64,000 nucleotides of DNA from an uncultured Rhodospirillaceae bacterium. GTDB lineage: Bacteria; Pseudomonadota; Alphaproteobacteria; Azospirillales; Azospirillaceae. Of this stretch, positions 54,697 through 63,217 are shown one piece after another (within the stretch, counting starts at the first letter, position 1; each line of letters starts with the position of its first letter). The stretch is taken from positions 44,404-108,403 of the forward strand of contig CALBDS010000044.1 of assembly GCA_937927415.1 (NCBI GenBank), in the 5' to 3' direction. The notes under the pieces are model-generated. The model saw only the letters and a list, made by a program, of their open reading frames with translations, was not told the DNA's origin and ran no database searches. A program made the position numbers and the translations under genes.

Positions 54697-55755
54697 TCAG
54701 TCGGCGAAGATCACGCCGTCGAACAGCTTGCGCGCGGTGCGCAGGATGGCGGCACGGGTCACCTGCCCGCCCTCGTCCGTTTCCAGCACCACCGTCATTT
54801 CGCCGGTCGGGTGCTCGATGCTCAGGCTCTTGCGCCGCCCGTCGGGCACCACGGCCAGGGCTGCGGCCGGCGATCCCGGCAGGGCGCAGGCGGTGGCGAC
54901 GCTAACCGCCCCCAGCACGCCGATGGAGGCGTGACAGCGGTGCGGGATGAAGGTGCGGGTGGAAATCGCCCCGCCGTTCGCCGCCCGGCTGACCAGCGAC
55001 ATCTTCGGCACCGATTTGTCGCGCACGTCGCCCAGGTTCATCAGCGGCCCGGCCTTCAGCCGGATGGATTCCAGCCGCGCCTTCAACTCCGTGTTGCCGT
55101 CCAGTTCGTCACGGGTCTCATCGCCGCGCACCCCCAGATCCTCGGCCCGCAGCACCACAACCGGCATGCCGTTGTCGATGCAGGTAACGGCCACCCCGTC
55201 GATCTCGTCCACCGCGTTGCCGGTCGGCAGCAGGGCGCCGCAGCTTGAGCCGGCGGTGTCGCGGAACTCAACCGGAATGGGGGCGGCGGTGCCGGGAACT
55301 CCGTCGATGCGGGCGTCGCCGCGGTAGCTGACCACGCCGCCCGGTGTGGGCACCAGCGCCTCGGCCACCTGGCCCGTGTTTTCCATGAAGATGGTCACCG
55401 GGGTTTCGCCGTCGCGGGCCGGAACCAGCCCGCGTTCGATGGCGAACGGCCCGATGCCGGCCAGGATGTTGCCGCAGTTCTGGGCGTCGGTGACGACGGC
55501 CTTGTCCACGAACACCTGCAGGAACAGGTAATCCACATCCACGCCCGGCCGTTCCGACTTTTTCACCACCGCGACCTTGGATGTCAGCGGATCGGCCCCG
55601 CCCATGCCGTCGATCTGGCGCGGATCGGGCGATCCCATGGCGCGCAGCAGGAAGGCGTCACGCGCACCATTGTCCGCCGGCAGATCTTCGGCCAGGAAAT
55701 ACCCGCCCTTGGAGGTGCCGCCGCGCATCCACATGCAGCGCACGCCCTCAGACAT
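54697..55755 (-). CDS. ligU: PrpF-superfamily isomerase: 4-oxalomesaconate tautomerase / LigU-type 1,3-allylic isomerase
   Basis: The sequence reads [21 protein letters not shown]...[25 protein letters not shown]...[15 protein letters not shown]...[20 protein letters not shown]. Confidence 0.85.
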   Translation of the reverse strand: MSEGVRCMWMRGGTSKGGYFLAEDLPADNGARDAFLLRAMGSPDPRQIDGMGGADPLTSKVAVVKKSERPGVDVDYLFLQVFVDKAVVTDAQNCGNILAGIGPFAIERGLVPARDGETPVTIFMENTGQVAEALVPTPGGVVSYRGDARIDGVPGTAAPIPVEFRDTAGSSCGALLPTGNAVDEIDGVAVTCIDNGMPVVVLRAEDLGVRGDETRDELDGNTELKARLESIRLKAGPLMNLGDVRDKSVPKMSLVSRAANGGAISTRTFIPHRCHASIGVLGAVSVATACALPGSPAAALAVVPDGRRKSLSIEHPTGEMTVVLETDEGGQVTRAAILRTARKLFDGVIFAD

Positions 55756-56422
55756 ATTTCAGCCCCTTTTCCGCCAGCCGCGGGCGCATGTCGTAGATGT
55801 CGAGGCCCAGTTCGCCGGCGGCGAGCCGGACGCGCTTTTCCTCTTCCTTGGCGATGCGGGACTGGGCGGCCTTCAGCACCGTGGCGGCGTCTTCGCGGCG
55901 GACCACGCACACGCCGTCATCATCGGCCACGATCACGTCGCCGGCGTTGATGGCGGCCCCGGCGCAGACGATGGGCACGTTCACCGACCCCAGCGTCTCC
56001 TTCACGGTGCCTTGCGCGCACACCGCCTTCGACCACACGGGGAAGCCCATTTCGGTCAGCGTGCGGATGTCGCGCACCCCGGCGTCGATCACCAGACCGC
56101 GGCACCCCCGCGCCATGGCCGAGGTCGCCAGCAGGTCGCCGAAATAGCCGGCGTCCGACGGCGAGGTGGGGGCCAGCACCAGGATATCCCCCGCCTTCAA
56201 CTGCTCGATGGCGACGTGCAGCATCCAGTTGTCGCAGGGGGCCGCGGAAATGGTCACCGCCGAGCCGGCGACCTGCGCCCCGGCGTAGATGGGCCGCATG
56301 TAGGACGCCAGCAGGCCGATGCGCCCCTGCGCCTCATGCACCGCGGCGACGCCGCATTCGGCCAGCCCGGCGATCACCGCCGCGTCGGCCCGTTCGATGT
56401 TTTGCACGACGACGTTCATCAC
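55748..56422 (-). CDS. ligK: 4-carboxy-4-hydroxy-2-oxoadipate aldolase / oxaloacetate decarboxylase (RraA-like)
   Basis: The sequence reads ...[21 protein letters not shown]...[41 protein letters not shown]...GFPVWSKAV. Confidence 0.9.
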   Translation of the reverse strand: MMNVVVQNIERADAAVIAGLAECGVAAVHEAQGRIGLLASYMRPIYAGAQVAGSAVTISAAPCDNWMLHVAIEQLKAGDILVLAPTSPSDAGYFGDLLATSAMARGCRGLVIDAGVRDIRTLTEMGFPVWSKAVCAQGTVKETLGSVNVPIVCAGAAINAGDVIVADDDGVCVVRREDAATVLKAAQSRIAKEEEKRVRLAAGELGLDIYDMRPRLAEKGLKYV

Positions 56423-56740
56423 TGTTCATCCGCGAGTTCGGGGAAAGACCGGCCGGGGGCGCCCACAACCTGACGGATTCCCGCCGCCGCCCGCCGGATG
56501 GGGCGCGCCGGCAACCGCCGCACTCCCCTGCCGTCCGCGCTGCAAGCGTTGGTGAATCGCATCGAAGGTCCGCCCCCTCGGGAATTTTCTTGGTGTCCGA
56601 TGACGCCATCATCCGGCGGGACGCGCGCTTTTTCTATTTCGATCTCGCGGCGATCGTATAAGCTTTTGCTATAGACGATCCGAAAACTATGTTGCGATGC
56701 AGCATTTTCGATCCGGCAGCCCATTCCGACAGCCCACCCG

Positions 56741-57967
56741 GTGCCCATGAAAGAGATCCCCAACATCCGCCATCTGCGCGCCTTTTGCGAAGTCGCCCGC
56801 CGCGGGTCGATCAGCCAGGCGGCGGAGCATGTCCACCTGTCGCAGCCCGCCATCACCCAGGCCATCGCCAAGCTGGAGGAGGAGGTGGGGGCCGTGCTGT
56901 TCGACCGCCGCCCCGACGGCATGGGCGTGTCGGCGGCGGGCACCCTGTTCCTGGAGCGGGCGGAGCGGGTCATCGAGCGGCTGCGCACCGGCACGCGGGA
57001 AGCCATCCGCATCGGCGGGCGCAAGGGGGTGCGGGGCTTTCCCGATTTCGACCAGTTGCTGACGGCCGCACAGTTGCGCGCACTGACGGCGGTGGCGGAT
57101 GCCGGCAACTTCAGCCTTGCCGCCCGCAACGCCGGCATTTCCCAGCCGACCATGCACCGGGCCGCCCGCGATCTGGAACGGCTGTCGGGGTTGAGCCTGT
57201 TCGTGCGCACCCCCACCGGAATCACCACCACACCCGCGGCCAAGGCTCTGGTCCAGCACGTCAAGCTGGCCCTGGCCGAGCTGGAGCAGGGCTTTGCCGA
57301 GGTGGCGGAGACCCGCGGAGGCGAGACCAGCCGCATCGTGGTGGGCAGCATGCCGCTGTCGCGTCCCTTCATCCTGCCCACCGCCATCAACATGCTGGTA
57401 CGCGACCGTCCCGACGTGGAAATCAACGTGGTGGACGGCCCCTATGACGATCTGCTGCACGGGCTGCGCCATGGGGAAATCGACGTGCTGATCGGGGCGC
57501 TGCGCGACCCGCTGCCCATCGCCGATGTGGAGCAGGAACCGCTGTTCGACGATCCGCTGGCGGTGGTGGCCCGCGCCTTCCACCCGCTGACCCGCAAGCC
57601 GGGGCTGACGCTGGACGACCTGCGGGACTGTCAATGGGTGCTGCCGCGCCGGGGCACCCCCACCCGCGACCGTTTCGAGATGCTGTTCGGCCCCGCCCCG
57701 CCCCGCGGGCTGATCGAGACGAGTTCCCAGATCCTGGTGCGCGGGCTGCTGCTGGGCAGCGACCGGCTGACGCTGGTGTCGGTCCACCAGATCCGCCACG
57801 AACATGATCTGGGCCTGCTGGTCAGGCTGCCGCTGGACCTGCCCGGCACGGCGCGGCCCATTGGCCTGACCATCCGCCGCGGCTGGCGCCCCACGCCGAT
57901 GCAGGAACGTTTCCTGACCCTGCTGCGGGAGGCCGGGCAACAGGCGGTGTCGCCGGTGCGGCGGTGA
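56741..57967 (+). CDS. LysR-type transcriptional regulator with two tandem N-terminal HTH domains (LigR-like position), 408 aa
   Basis: HTH 1 is IRHLRAFCEVARRGSISQAAEHVHLSQPAITQAIAKLEEEVG. HTH 2 is QLRALTAVADAGNFSLAARNAGISQPTMHRAARDLERLSG. A LysR substrate-binding domain follows. The gene is divergent from ligK. Confidence 0.85.
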   Translation: MPMKEIPNIRHLRAFCEVARRGSISQAAEHVHLSQPAITQAIAKLEEEVGAVLFDRRPDGMGVSAAGTLFLERAERVIERLRTGTREAIRIGGRKGVRGFPDFDQLLTAAQLRALTAVADAGNFSLAARNAGISQPTMHRAARDLERLSGLSLFVRTPTGITTTPAAKALVQHVKLALAELEQGFAEVAETRGGETSRIVVGSMPLSRPFILPTAINMLVRDRPDVEINVVDGPYDDLLHGLRHGEIDVLIGALRDPLPIADVEQEPLFDDPLAVVARAFHPLTRKPGLTLDDLRDCQWVLPRRGTPTRDRFEMLFGPAPPRGLIETSSQILVRGLLLGSDRLTLVSVHQIRHEHDLGLLVRLPLDLPGTARPIGLTIRRGWRPTPMQERFLTLLREAGQQAVSPVRR

Positions 57968-58009
57968 CGGGGCCATTGATTTTCCGGGCCATTGGTTTTG
58001 TGATCGGCA

Positions 58010-58032
58010 GGCTATTTAAAAATCGAATAGCC
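58010..58032. promoter_or_regulatory. Palindrome containing a T-N11-A box upstream of the oxidoreductase-ligC-AKR operon (possible LysR site)
   Basis: GGCTATT-TAAAAATCG-AATAGCC has 7-bp arms and is AT-rich. It lies about 100 bp upstream of the ATG at 58120. Confidence 0.3.
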
Positions 58033-58119
58033 CGGCCCGTCATCGAATTTCCTCTGCGCCCGGAAGCGGGATACCCATAGAACGATCAAGGATCTGTGAC
58101 GCAAGAACGCGAGGCGGCT

Positions 58120-59022
58120 ATGGCGCAGACGGTCAAGGTGGCTTTCATCGGCTTCGGCGAAGCGGCGGGCGCTTTCCGCGCCGGCTGGCGCGATGCTGGA
58201 CTGACACCCGTGGTTGCCGCGTTCGATATCAAAACCGCAGCGTCGGACCTCGATGTGCGCAATCAGAAGTGGAATGATTATGCCGCCGCCAATGTCACCG
58301 GCGGGGAAACCCCGGGTGCGGCACTCGACGGGGCGGCCATCATCCTGTCCCTGGTCACCGCCGATCAGGCGCTGAACGCCGCCCGTGCCGCCGCCGATTG
58401 CATTCCGGCGGGCGCGCTCTACTGCGACGGAAATTCCTGCGCCCCCGGCACCAAGACGCAGGCCGCCCACCTGATCGAAGCGGCGGGCGGGCGCTATGTG
58501 GACATGGCGGTGATGGCCCCGGTGTACCCCAAGCGCCACCACACGCCGCTGCTGCTGGCCGGTCCCCACGCCGACGACGCCCTGGCCGCCCTGACCGCAC
58601 TGGACATGAAGGCGAAGGTCGCCGGGCCGGTGGTGGGTGCCGCGTCGTCCATCAAGATGATCCGCTCGATCATGATGAAGGGGATGGAGGCGCTGTTCCT
58701 GGAATGCGTGCTGGCCGGGCGCAAGGCCGGGGTGGACGATGTGGTGCTGAGTTCGCTGGACGTCACCTATCCCGGTTTCGATTTCAAGGCCAAGGCCGCG
58801 TACATGCAGGAACGGGTGATGACCCACGGCATCCGCCGCGCCGCCGAAATGCGGGAAGTGGCGCGCACCGTGGACGACCTGGGTCTGGGCGGCACCATGG
58901 CCCGCGCCACGGTGGACTGGCAGCAGCGGGTGGGCGATCTGAAACTGGATGCCAAGGCCATCGGCGCCGACGATTACGGCGCGCTGGCCGATGCCATCCT
59001 GGCGAAACTGGGCGCCGTCTGA
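58120..59022 (+). CDS. NAD(P)-binding 6-phosphogluconate-dehydrogenase-like oxidoreductase with a DUF1932-type C-terminus
   Basis: The ATG at 58120 has GAGG upstream; the ORF-track start at 58096 is a GTG. It has a Rossmann motif, VAFIGFGEAAGAF, followed by ...SSIKMIRSIMMKGMEALFLECVLAG. Confidence 0.75.
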   Translation: MAQTVKVAFIGFGEAAGAFRAGWRDAGLTPVVAAFDIKTAASDLDVRNQKWNDYAAANVTGGETPGAALDGAAIILSLVTADQALNAARAAADCIPAGALYCDGNSCAPGTKTQAAHLIEAAGGRYVDMAVMAPVYPKRHHTPLLLAGPHADDALAALTALDMKAKVAGPVVGAASSIKMIRSIMMKGMEALFLECVLAGRKAGVDDVVLSSLDVTYPGFDFKAKAAYMQERVMTHGIRRAAEMREVARTVDDLGLGGTMARATVDWQQRVGDLKLDAKAIGADDYGALADAILAKLGAV

Positions 59023-59070
59023 CGCCGCTATTCTGAACACAAGAACAATTCTCTCCGAAACGAGGAAGCG

Positions 59071-60018
59071 ATGAAGATCTGCGTTGCGGGCGCCGCCGGC
59101 GCTTTCGGCATGAAGCATCTGGAGGCGGTCGCCGCCATCGATGGGATCGAGGTGGTGTCGGTGGTCGGCGGCGAGCCGGACGACATCGAAGGCTTCGCCA
59201 AGGAACGCGGCATCCCCCACTGGACCAAGGATCTGAACGAGAGCCTGCAGCGCAGCGATGTGGAGGCGGTGATCCTCGCCACCCCCACCCCGGTTCACGC
59301 GGCGCAGGCCATCCAGTGCCTGGAACACGGCAAGCATGTGCTGGTCGAAATCCCCATGGCCGACAGCCTGGCCGACGCCGAACGGCTGGTCGCGGTGCAG
59401 AAGGCCACCGGGCTGGTCGCCATGGCCGGTCACACCCGCCGCTTCAACCCCAGCCACCAGTGGATCCACAACCGCATCAAGGCCGGCGAGCTGAAGGTTC
59501 TGCAGATGGACGTGCAGACCTATTTCTTCCGCCGCTCCAACATGAACGCGCTGGGCAAGCCGCGCACCTGGACCGACCATCTGCTGTGGCACCACGCCTG
59601 CCACACCGTCGATCTGTTCCAGTACCAGACCGGCGAGGTGGCCGATAAGGTCCAGGCGCTCCAGGGGCCGATCCACCCGACGCTGGGCATCGCCATGGAC
59701 ATGAGCATCGGCATGAAGGTTCCGTCGGGGGCCGTGTGCACGCTGTCGCTGTCGTTCAACAACGACGGGCCGCTGGGCACCTTCTTCCGCTACATCTGCG
59801 ACAACGGCACCTACATCGCCCGTTACGACGACTTGTACGACGGCAAGGAGAACAAGATCGACCTCAGCGGCATCACCGTGTCGAACAACGGCATCGAGCT
59901 GATCGACCGCGAGTTCTTCTCCGCCATCCGCGACAAGCGCGAACCCAACGCCAGCGTTGCCCAGTGCCTGCCCGCCATGCAGACCCTGCACCGGCTGGAA
60001 CAGTGCCTGAACGGCTGA
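59071..60018 (+). CDS. ligC: 4-carboxy-2-hydroxymuconate-6-semialdehyde dehydrogenase (Gfo/Idh/MocA family)
   Basis: The sequence HTRRFNPSHQWIHNRIKAGEL...MDVQTYFFRR...WTDHLLWHHACHTVDLF...LSLSFNNDGPLGTFFRYICDNGTYIARYDDL matches LigC very closely over its whole 315 aa, as I remember it. Confidence 0.9.
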   Translation: MKICVAGAAGAFGMKHLEAVAAIDGIEVVSVVGGEPDDIEGFAKERGIPHWTKDLNESLQRSDVEAVILATPTPVHAAQAIQCLEHGKHVLVEIPMADSLADAERLVAVQKATGLVAMAGHTRRFNPSHQWIHNRIKAGELKVLQMDVQTYFFRRSNMNALGKPRTWTDHLLWHHACHTVDLFQYQTGEVADKVQALQGPIHPTLGIAMDMSIGMKVPSGAVCTLSLSFNNDGPLGTFFRYICDNGTYIARYDDLYDGKENKIDLSGITVSNNGIELIDREFFSAIRDKREPNASVAQCLPAMQTLHRLEQCLNG

Positions 60019-60032
60019 ACGGAGGATTGCCC

Positions 60033-61025
60033 ATGAACACGCGCACGCTGGGGCCGTTCACGGTATCGGCCGTCGGGCTGGGATGCATGAACCTGTCCCA
60101 CGCCTATGGCGTGCCCCCGGCGCGCGAACACGCCGCGGCGGTGCTGCGGCGGGCGCTGGATCTGGGCATCACCTTCTTCGACACCGCCGCCCTTTACGGT
60201 TTCGGGGCCAACGAGACCCTGCTGGGCGAGGTGCTGGCGGAGCACCGCAGCGCCTTCACCCTGGCCAGCAAGTGCGGCATGTTCCGCAACGACGCCGGCG
60301 TGCGGGAAATCGACGGGCGGCCGGAGGTGCTGAAACGCACCTGCGAGGACTCGCTGCGCCGCCTGCGCACCGACGTCATCGACCTTTACTATCTGCACCG
60401 CTGGGACAAGCGCATTCCCATCGAGGACAGCGTGGGCGCGCTGGCCGATCTGGTGAAAGACGGAAAAATCCGCACCATCGGCCTGTCGGAGGTGTCGGCC
60501 TCCACCCTGCGCCGGGCGCACGCGGTCCATCCCATCACCGCGGTGCAGAGCGAATATTCCCTGTGGTCCCGCAACCCGGAAATCGGCGTGCTGGACGCCT
60601 GCCGCGCGCTGGGGGTGTCGTTCGTTGCCTTCAGCCCGCTGGCCCGCGGGTTCCTGACCGGCGCGCTGACCGAGGTGGACACGCTGGACGCCAAGGACAT
60701 CCGCCGGGCCATGCCGCGGTTCACCCCCGCCGGCTTTGCCGCCAACCTGCCGTTGCTTGAGGGAGCAAAGGCGGTGGCGTCCAAGGTCGGCTGCACCCCC
60801 GCCCAACTGGCCCTGGCCTGGGTTCTGGCCAAGGGGCGGGACATCACCGTCATCCCCGGCACCACCCGCCTCGACCATCTGGACGAGAACGCCGGGGCGG
60901 CGGCGGTCGAACTGGACGCCGCCACGGTGGCGGAACTGGACGCGCTGTTCGCACCGCACGCCGTGCACGGACCCCGCTACAACGCCGCCACCCAGGCGGA
61001 GATCGACACCGAAGAGTTCGCGTAA
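60033..61025 (+). CDS. Aldo/keto reductase
   Basis: This is the internal ATG with GGAGGA upstream. The sequence reads LGCMNLSHAYG...FFDTAALYG...NETLLGE...IDLYYLHRWD...IGLSEVS...VQSEYSLW. Confidence 0.9.
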   Translation: MNTRTLGPFTVSAVGLGCMNLSHAYGVPPAREHAAAVLRRALDLGITFFDTAALYGFGANETLLGEVLAEHRSAFTLASKCGMFRNDAGVREIDGRPEVLKRTCEDSLRRLRTDVIDLYYLHRWDKRIPIEDSVGALADLVKDGKIRTIGLSEVSASTLRRAHAVHPITAVQSEYSLWSRNPEIGVLDACRALGVSFVAFSPLARGFLTGALTEVDTLDAKDIRRAMPRFTPAGFAANLPLLEGAKAVASKVGCTPAQLALAWVLAKGRDITVIPGTTRLDHLDENAGAAAVELDAATVAELDALFAPHAVHGPRYNAATQAEIDTEEFA

Positions 61026-61092
61026 GGCCCGACAGACGCCCCCTTCACAACAGCAAAAGCGGGGGGCCGACCTTTATGATTTGGGAGGAATC

Positions 61093-62277
61093 ATGTCCGG
61101 AACGCTGCGCGGCGCCCTGATGGGCGCCGTCTTCACCATTGCCCTCGGAACCGGCACCGCGTGGGCGGGCACCATCAAGGTGGGGGTGATCGCCCCCTTC
61201 TCCGGCCCGTTCGCCACCGTGGGCAAGACCTTCAAGGAAGGCATCGAGGTCTATCAGGCCCAGCACGGCAAGACCGTCGGCGGCGACACCGTTGAATTCA
61301 TCTTCAAGGATCTGGATCAGGCCAACCCGGCCCAGAGCAAGGCGCTGGCCCAGGAACTGGTGGTCAAGGAAAAGGTCGGCTATCTGGCCGGGTTTTTCTT
61401 CACCCCCGACGCGCTGGCGGTCGCTCCGCTGATCGACGAAGCGAACATCCCCTGCGTCATCTTCAACGCCGCCACCTCGGCCATCACCGAAAAGTCGCCG
61501 CGCTACGTGCGCACCTCCTTCACCTTGTGGCAGAACACGGTGCCGCTGGCCCAGTATGTCGCCAAGCAGGGCGTGACCAAGGTGGCGACGGCGGTCAGCG
61601 ATTACGGCCCCGGCATCGACGGCGAAACCGCCTTCAAGAAGACGTTCGAGGCCGAGGGCGGCCGGGTGGTGGACAGCATCCGCATGCCGCTGAAGTCCAC
61701 CGACTTCGCCCCCTTCATGCAGCGCATCAAGGATTCCGGCGCCCAGGCCATCTATGCCTTCCTGCCCGCCGGCCCGACCACGCTCGCCTTTGCCAAGGCG
61801 TTCAGCGACACCGGGCTGAAGGCCCAGGGTGTGAAGTTCTACGGCCCCGGCGACATCACCCAGGAACCCGACCTGCCGGCACTGGGCGATGCGGCGGCGG
61901 GGATCATTTCCACCTTCAACTACAGTCAGGTCCATGATTCCGACCTGAACCGCGCCTTCGTCGCCAAGCACAAGGAACTGTTCGGTTCGTCGGACACCGT
62001 GACCTTCACCTCGGTCGGCGCCTATGACGGCGCCCATGTCATCTACAAGATGATCGAGGCGACGGGCGGCAAGTCCGACGGGCTGAAGGCGGTGGAAGCG
62101 GTCAAGGGCATGACGTGGGAAAGCCCGCGCGGCCCGCTGAAGATCGATCCCGACTCCCGCCACGTCACCCAGACCATCTATCTGCGCGTGACCGAGCCGA
62201 AGGACGGCAAGCTCCAGAACACGGAAATCGCCGCCTTCCCCAACCAGCCGGACTACGGTTTCAAGGTCGGCAAGTAA
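61093..62277 (+). CDS. Periplasmic substrate-binding protein (LivK/type-I family)
   Basis: This is the internal ATG with GGGAGGAA upstream. The signal peptide MSGTLRGALMGAVFTIALGTGTAWA is followed by GTIKVGVIAPFSGPFATVGK... Confidence 0.9.
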   Translation: MSGTLRGALMGAVFTIALGTGTAWAGTIKVGVIAPFSGPFATVGKTFKEGIEVYQAQHGKTVGGDTVEFIFKDLDQANPAQSKALAQELVVKEKVGYLAGFFFTPDALAVAPLIDEANIPCVIFNAATSAITEKSPRYVRTSFTLWQNTVPLAQYVAKQGVTKVATAVSDYGPGIDGETAFKKTFEAEGGRVVDSIRMPLKSTDFAPFMQRIKDSGAQAIYAFLPAGPTTLAFAKAFSDTGLKAQGVKFYGPGDITQEPDLPALGDAAAGIISTFNYSQVHDSDLNRAFVAKHKELFGSSDTVTFTSVGAYDGAHVIYKMIEATGGKSDGLKAVEAVKGMTWESPRGPLKIDPDSRHVTQTIYLRVTEPKDGKLQNTEIAAFPNQPDYGFKVGK

Positions 62278-62347
62278 TCCCTTTTCGGGTTCTGGCCCGC
62301 GTTCCGCCGGGGTGCCGGCGGGGCGCGGGTGGTTGGGAGTCTCGCTC

Positions 62348-63217
62348 ATGGAAACGGTATTCGGCATCGCCGTGGACGGCGTTGCGTATGGGATGATCCT
62401 GTTCATCATCTCGGTCGGCCTGTCGGTCACGCTGGGGCTGATGCGGGTGGTCAATCTGGCCCACGGCGCCTTTGCCATGGCCGCCGGCTATGTCGCCTCC
62501 TACGCCGCCCAGACCATGGGCCTGCCCTATGGTCTGGCTTTGGTGGCGGCGGTGCTGCTGACGGTGGTGGCGACGCTGCCGCTGGAAAAGCTGCTGTACC
62601 GCCGCATCTACGGCTCGGCCAACGAGCTTCGTCAGGTTCTGCTGACCATCGGCCTGACCTTCGTCATCGTCGCCGGCATCAATTATCTGTTCGGGCCGAC
62701 GCTGAAGCGTATTCCGCTGCCCGAGATGCTGACCGGCACGCTGGATCTGGGGCCGAAATCCATCCCCACCCACCGCGCCTTCGTCATCGGCATGGGGGCT
62801 GCGACCATCCTGGCTCTGTGGTGGCTGCTGGAACGCACCAGCTTCGGCATCCGTCTGCGCGCGGCGGTGGACGATCCGGCCATGGCCGCGGCCCTGGGCA
62901 TCCGCACCGAACGGCTTTACATGGCCACATTCGCGCTCGGCACCGGGCTGGCGGCCATGGGCGGGGTTCTGGGGGCGGAACTGCTGCCGTTGGAACCCTA
63001 TTACGCCATCCGCTACATCGTGCTGTTCCTGGCGGTGGTGGCCGTGGGCGGGGCGGGCAGCATCTTCGGGTCGGCCGCCGCGGCGCTGACGCTGGGGGTG
63101 GTGGACACCGCGGGCAAGTACCTGATCCCCAACTTCGGCGAGTTCTTCTTCTACGCCGCGCTGATCCTGATCCTGTTCCGCTGGCCGCACGGTTTCTTCC
63201 AGGGGAGGGCGGCATGA
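62348..63217 (+). CDS. LivH-type ABC permease
   Basis: The sequence reads ...GVAYGMILFIISVGLSVTLGLMRVVNLAHGAFAM...FGIRLRAAVDDPAMAAALGI... Confidence 0.9.
   Translation: METVFGIAVDGVAYGMILFIISVGLSVTLGLMRVVNLAHGAFAMAAGYVASYAAQTMGLPYGLALVAAVLLTVVATLPLEKLLYRRIYGSANELRQVLLTIGLTFVIVAGINYLFGPTLKRIPLPEMLTGTLDLGPKSIPTHRAFVIGMGAATILALWWLLERTSFGIRLRAAVDDPAMAAALGIRTERLYMATFALGTGLAAMGGVLGAELLPLEPYYAIRYIVLFLAVVAVGGAGSIFGSAAAALTLGVVDTAGKYLIPNFGEFFFYAALILILFRWPHGFFQGRAA

Noticed and set aside
58012-59991. A 659-aa minus-strand ORF.
   Set aside because: It is antisense to the DUF1932 oxidoreductase and ligC genes, whose plus-strand translations are clearly homologous to known families.
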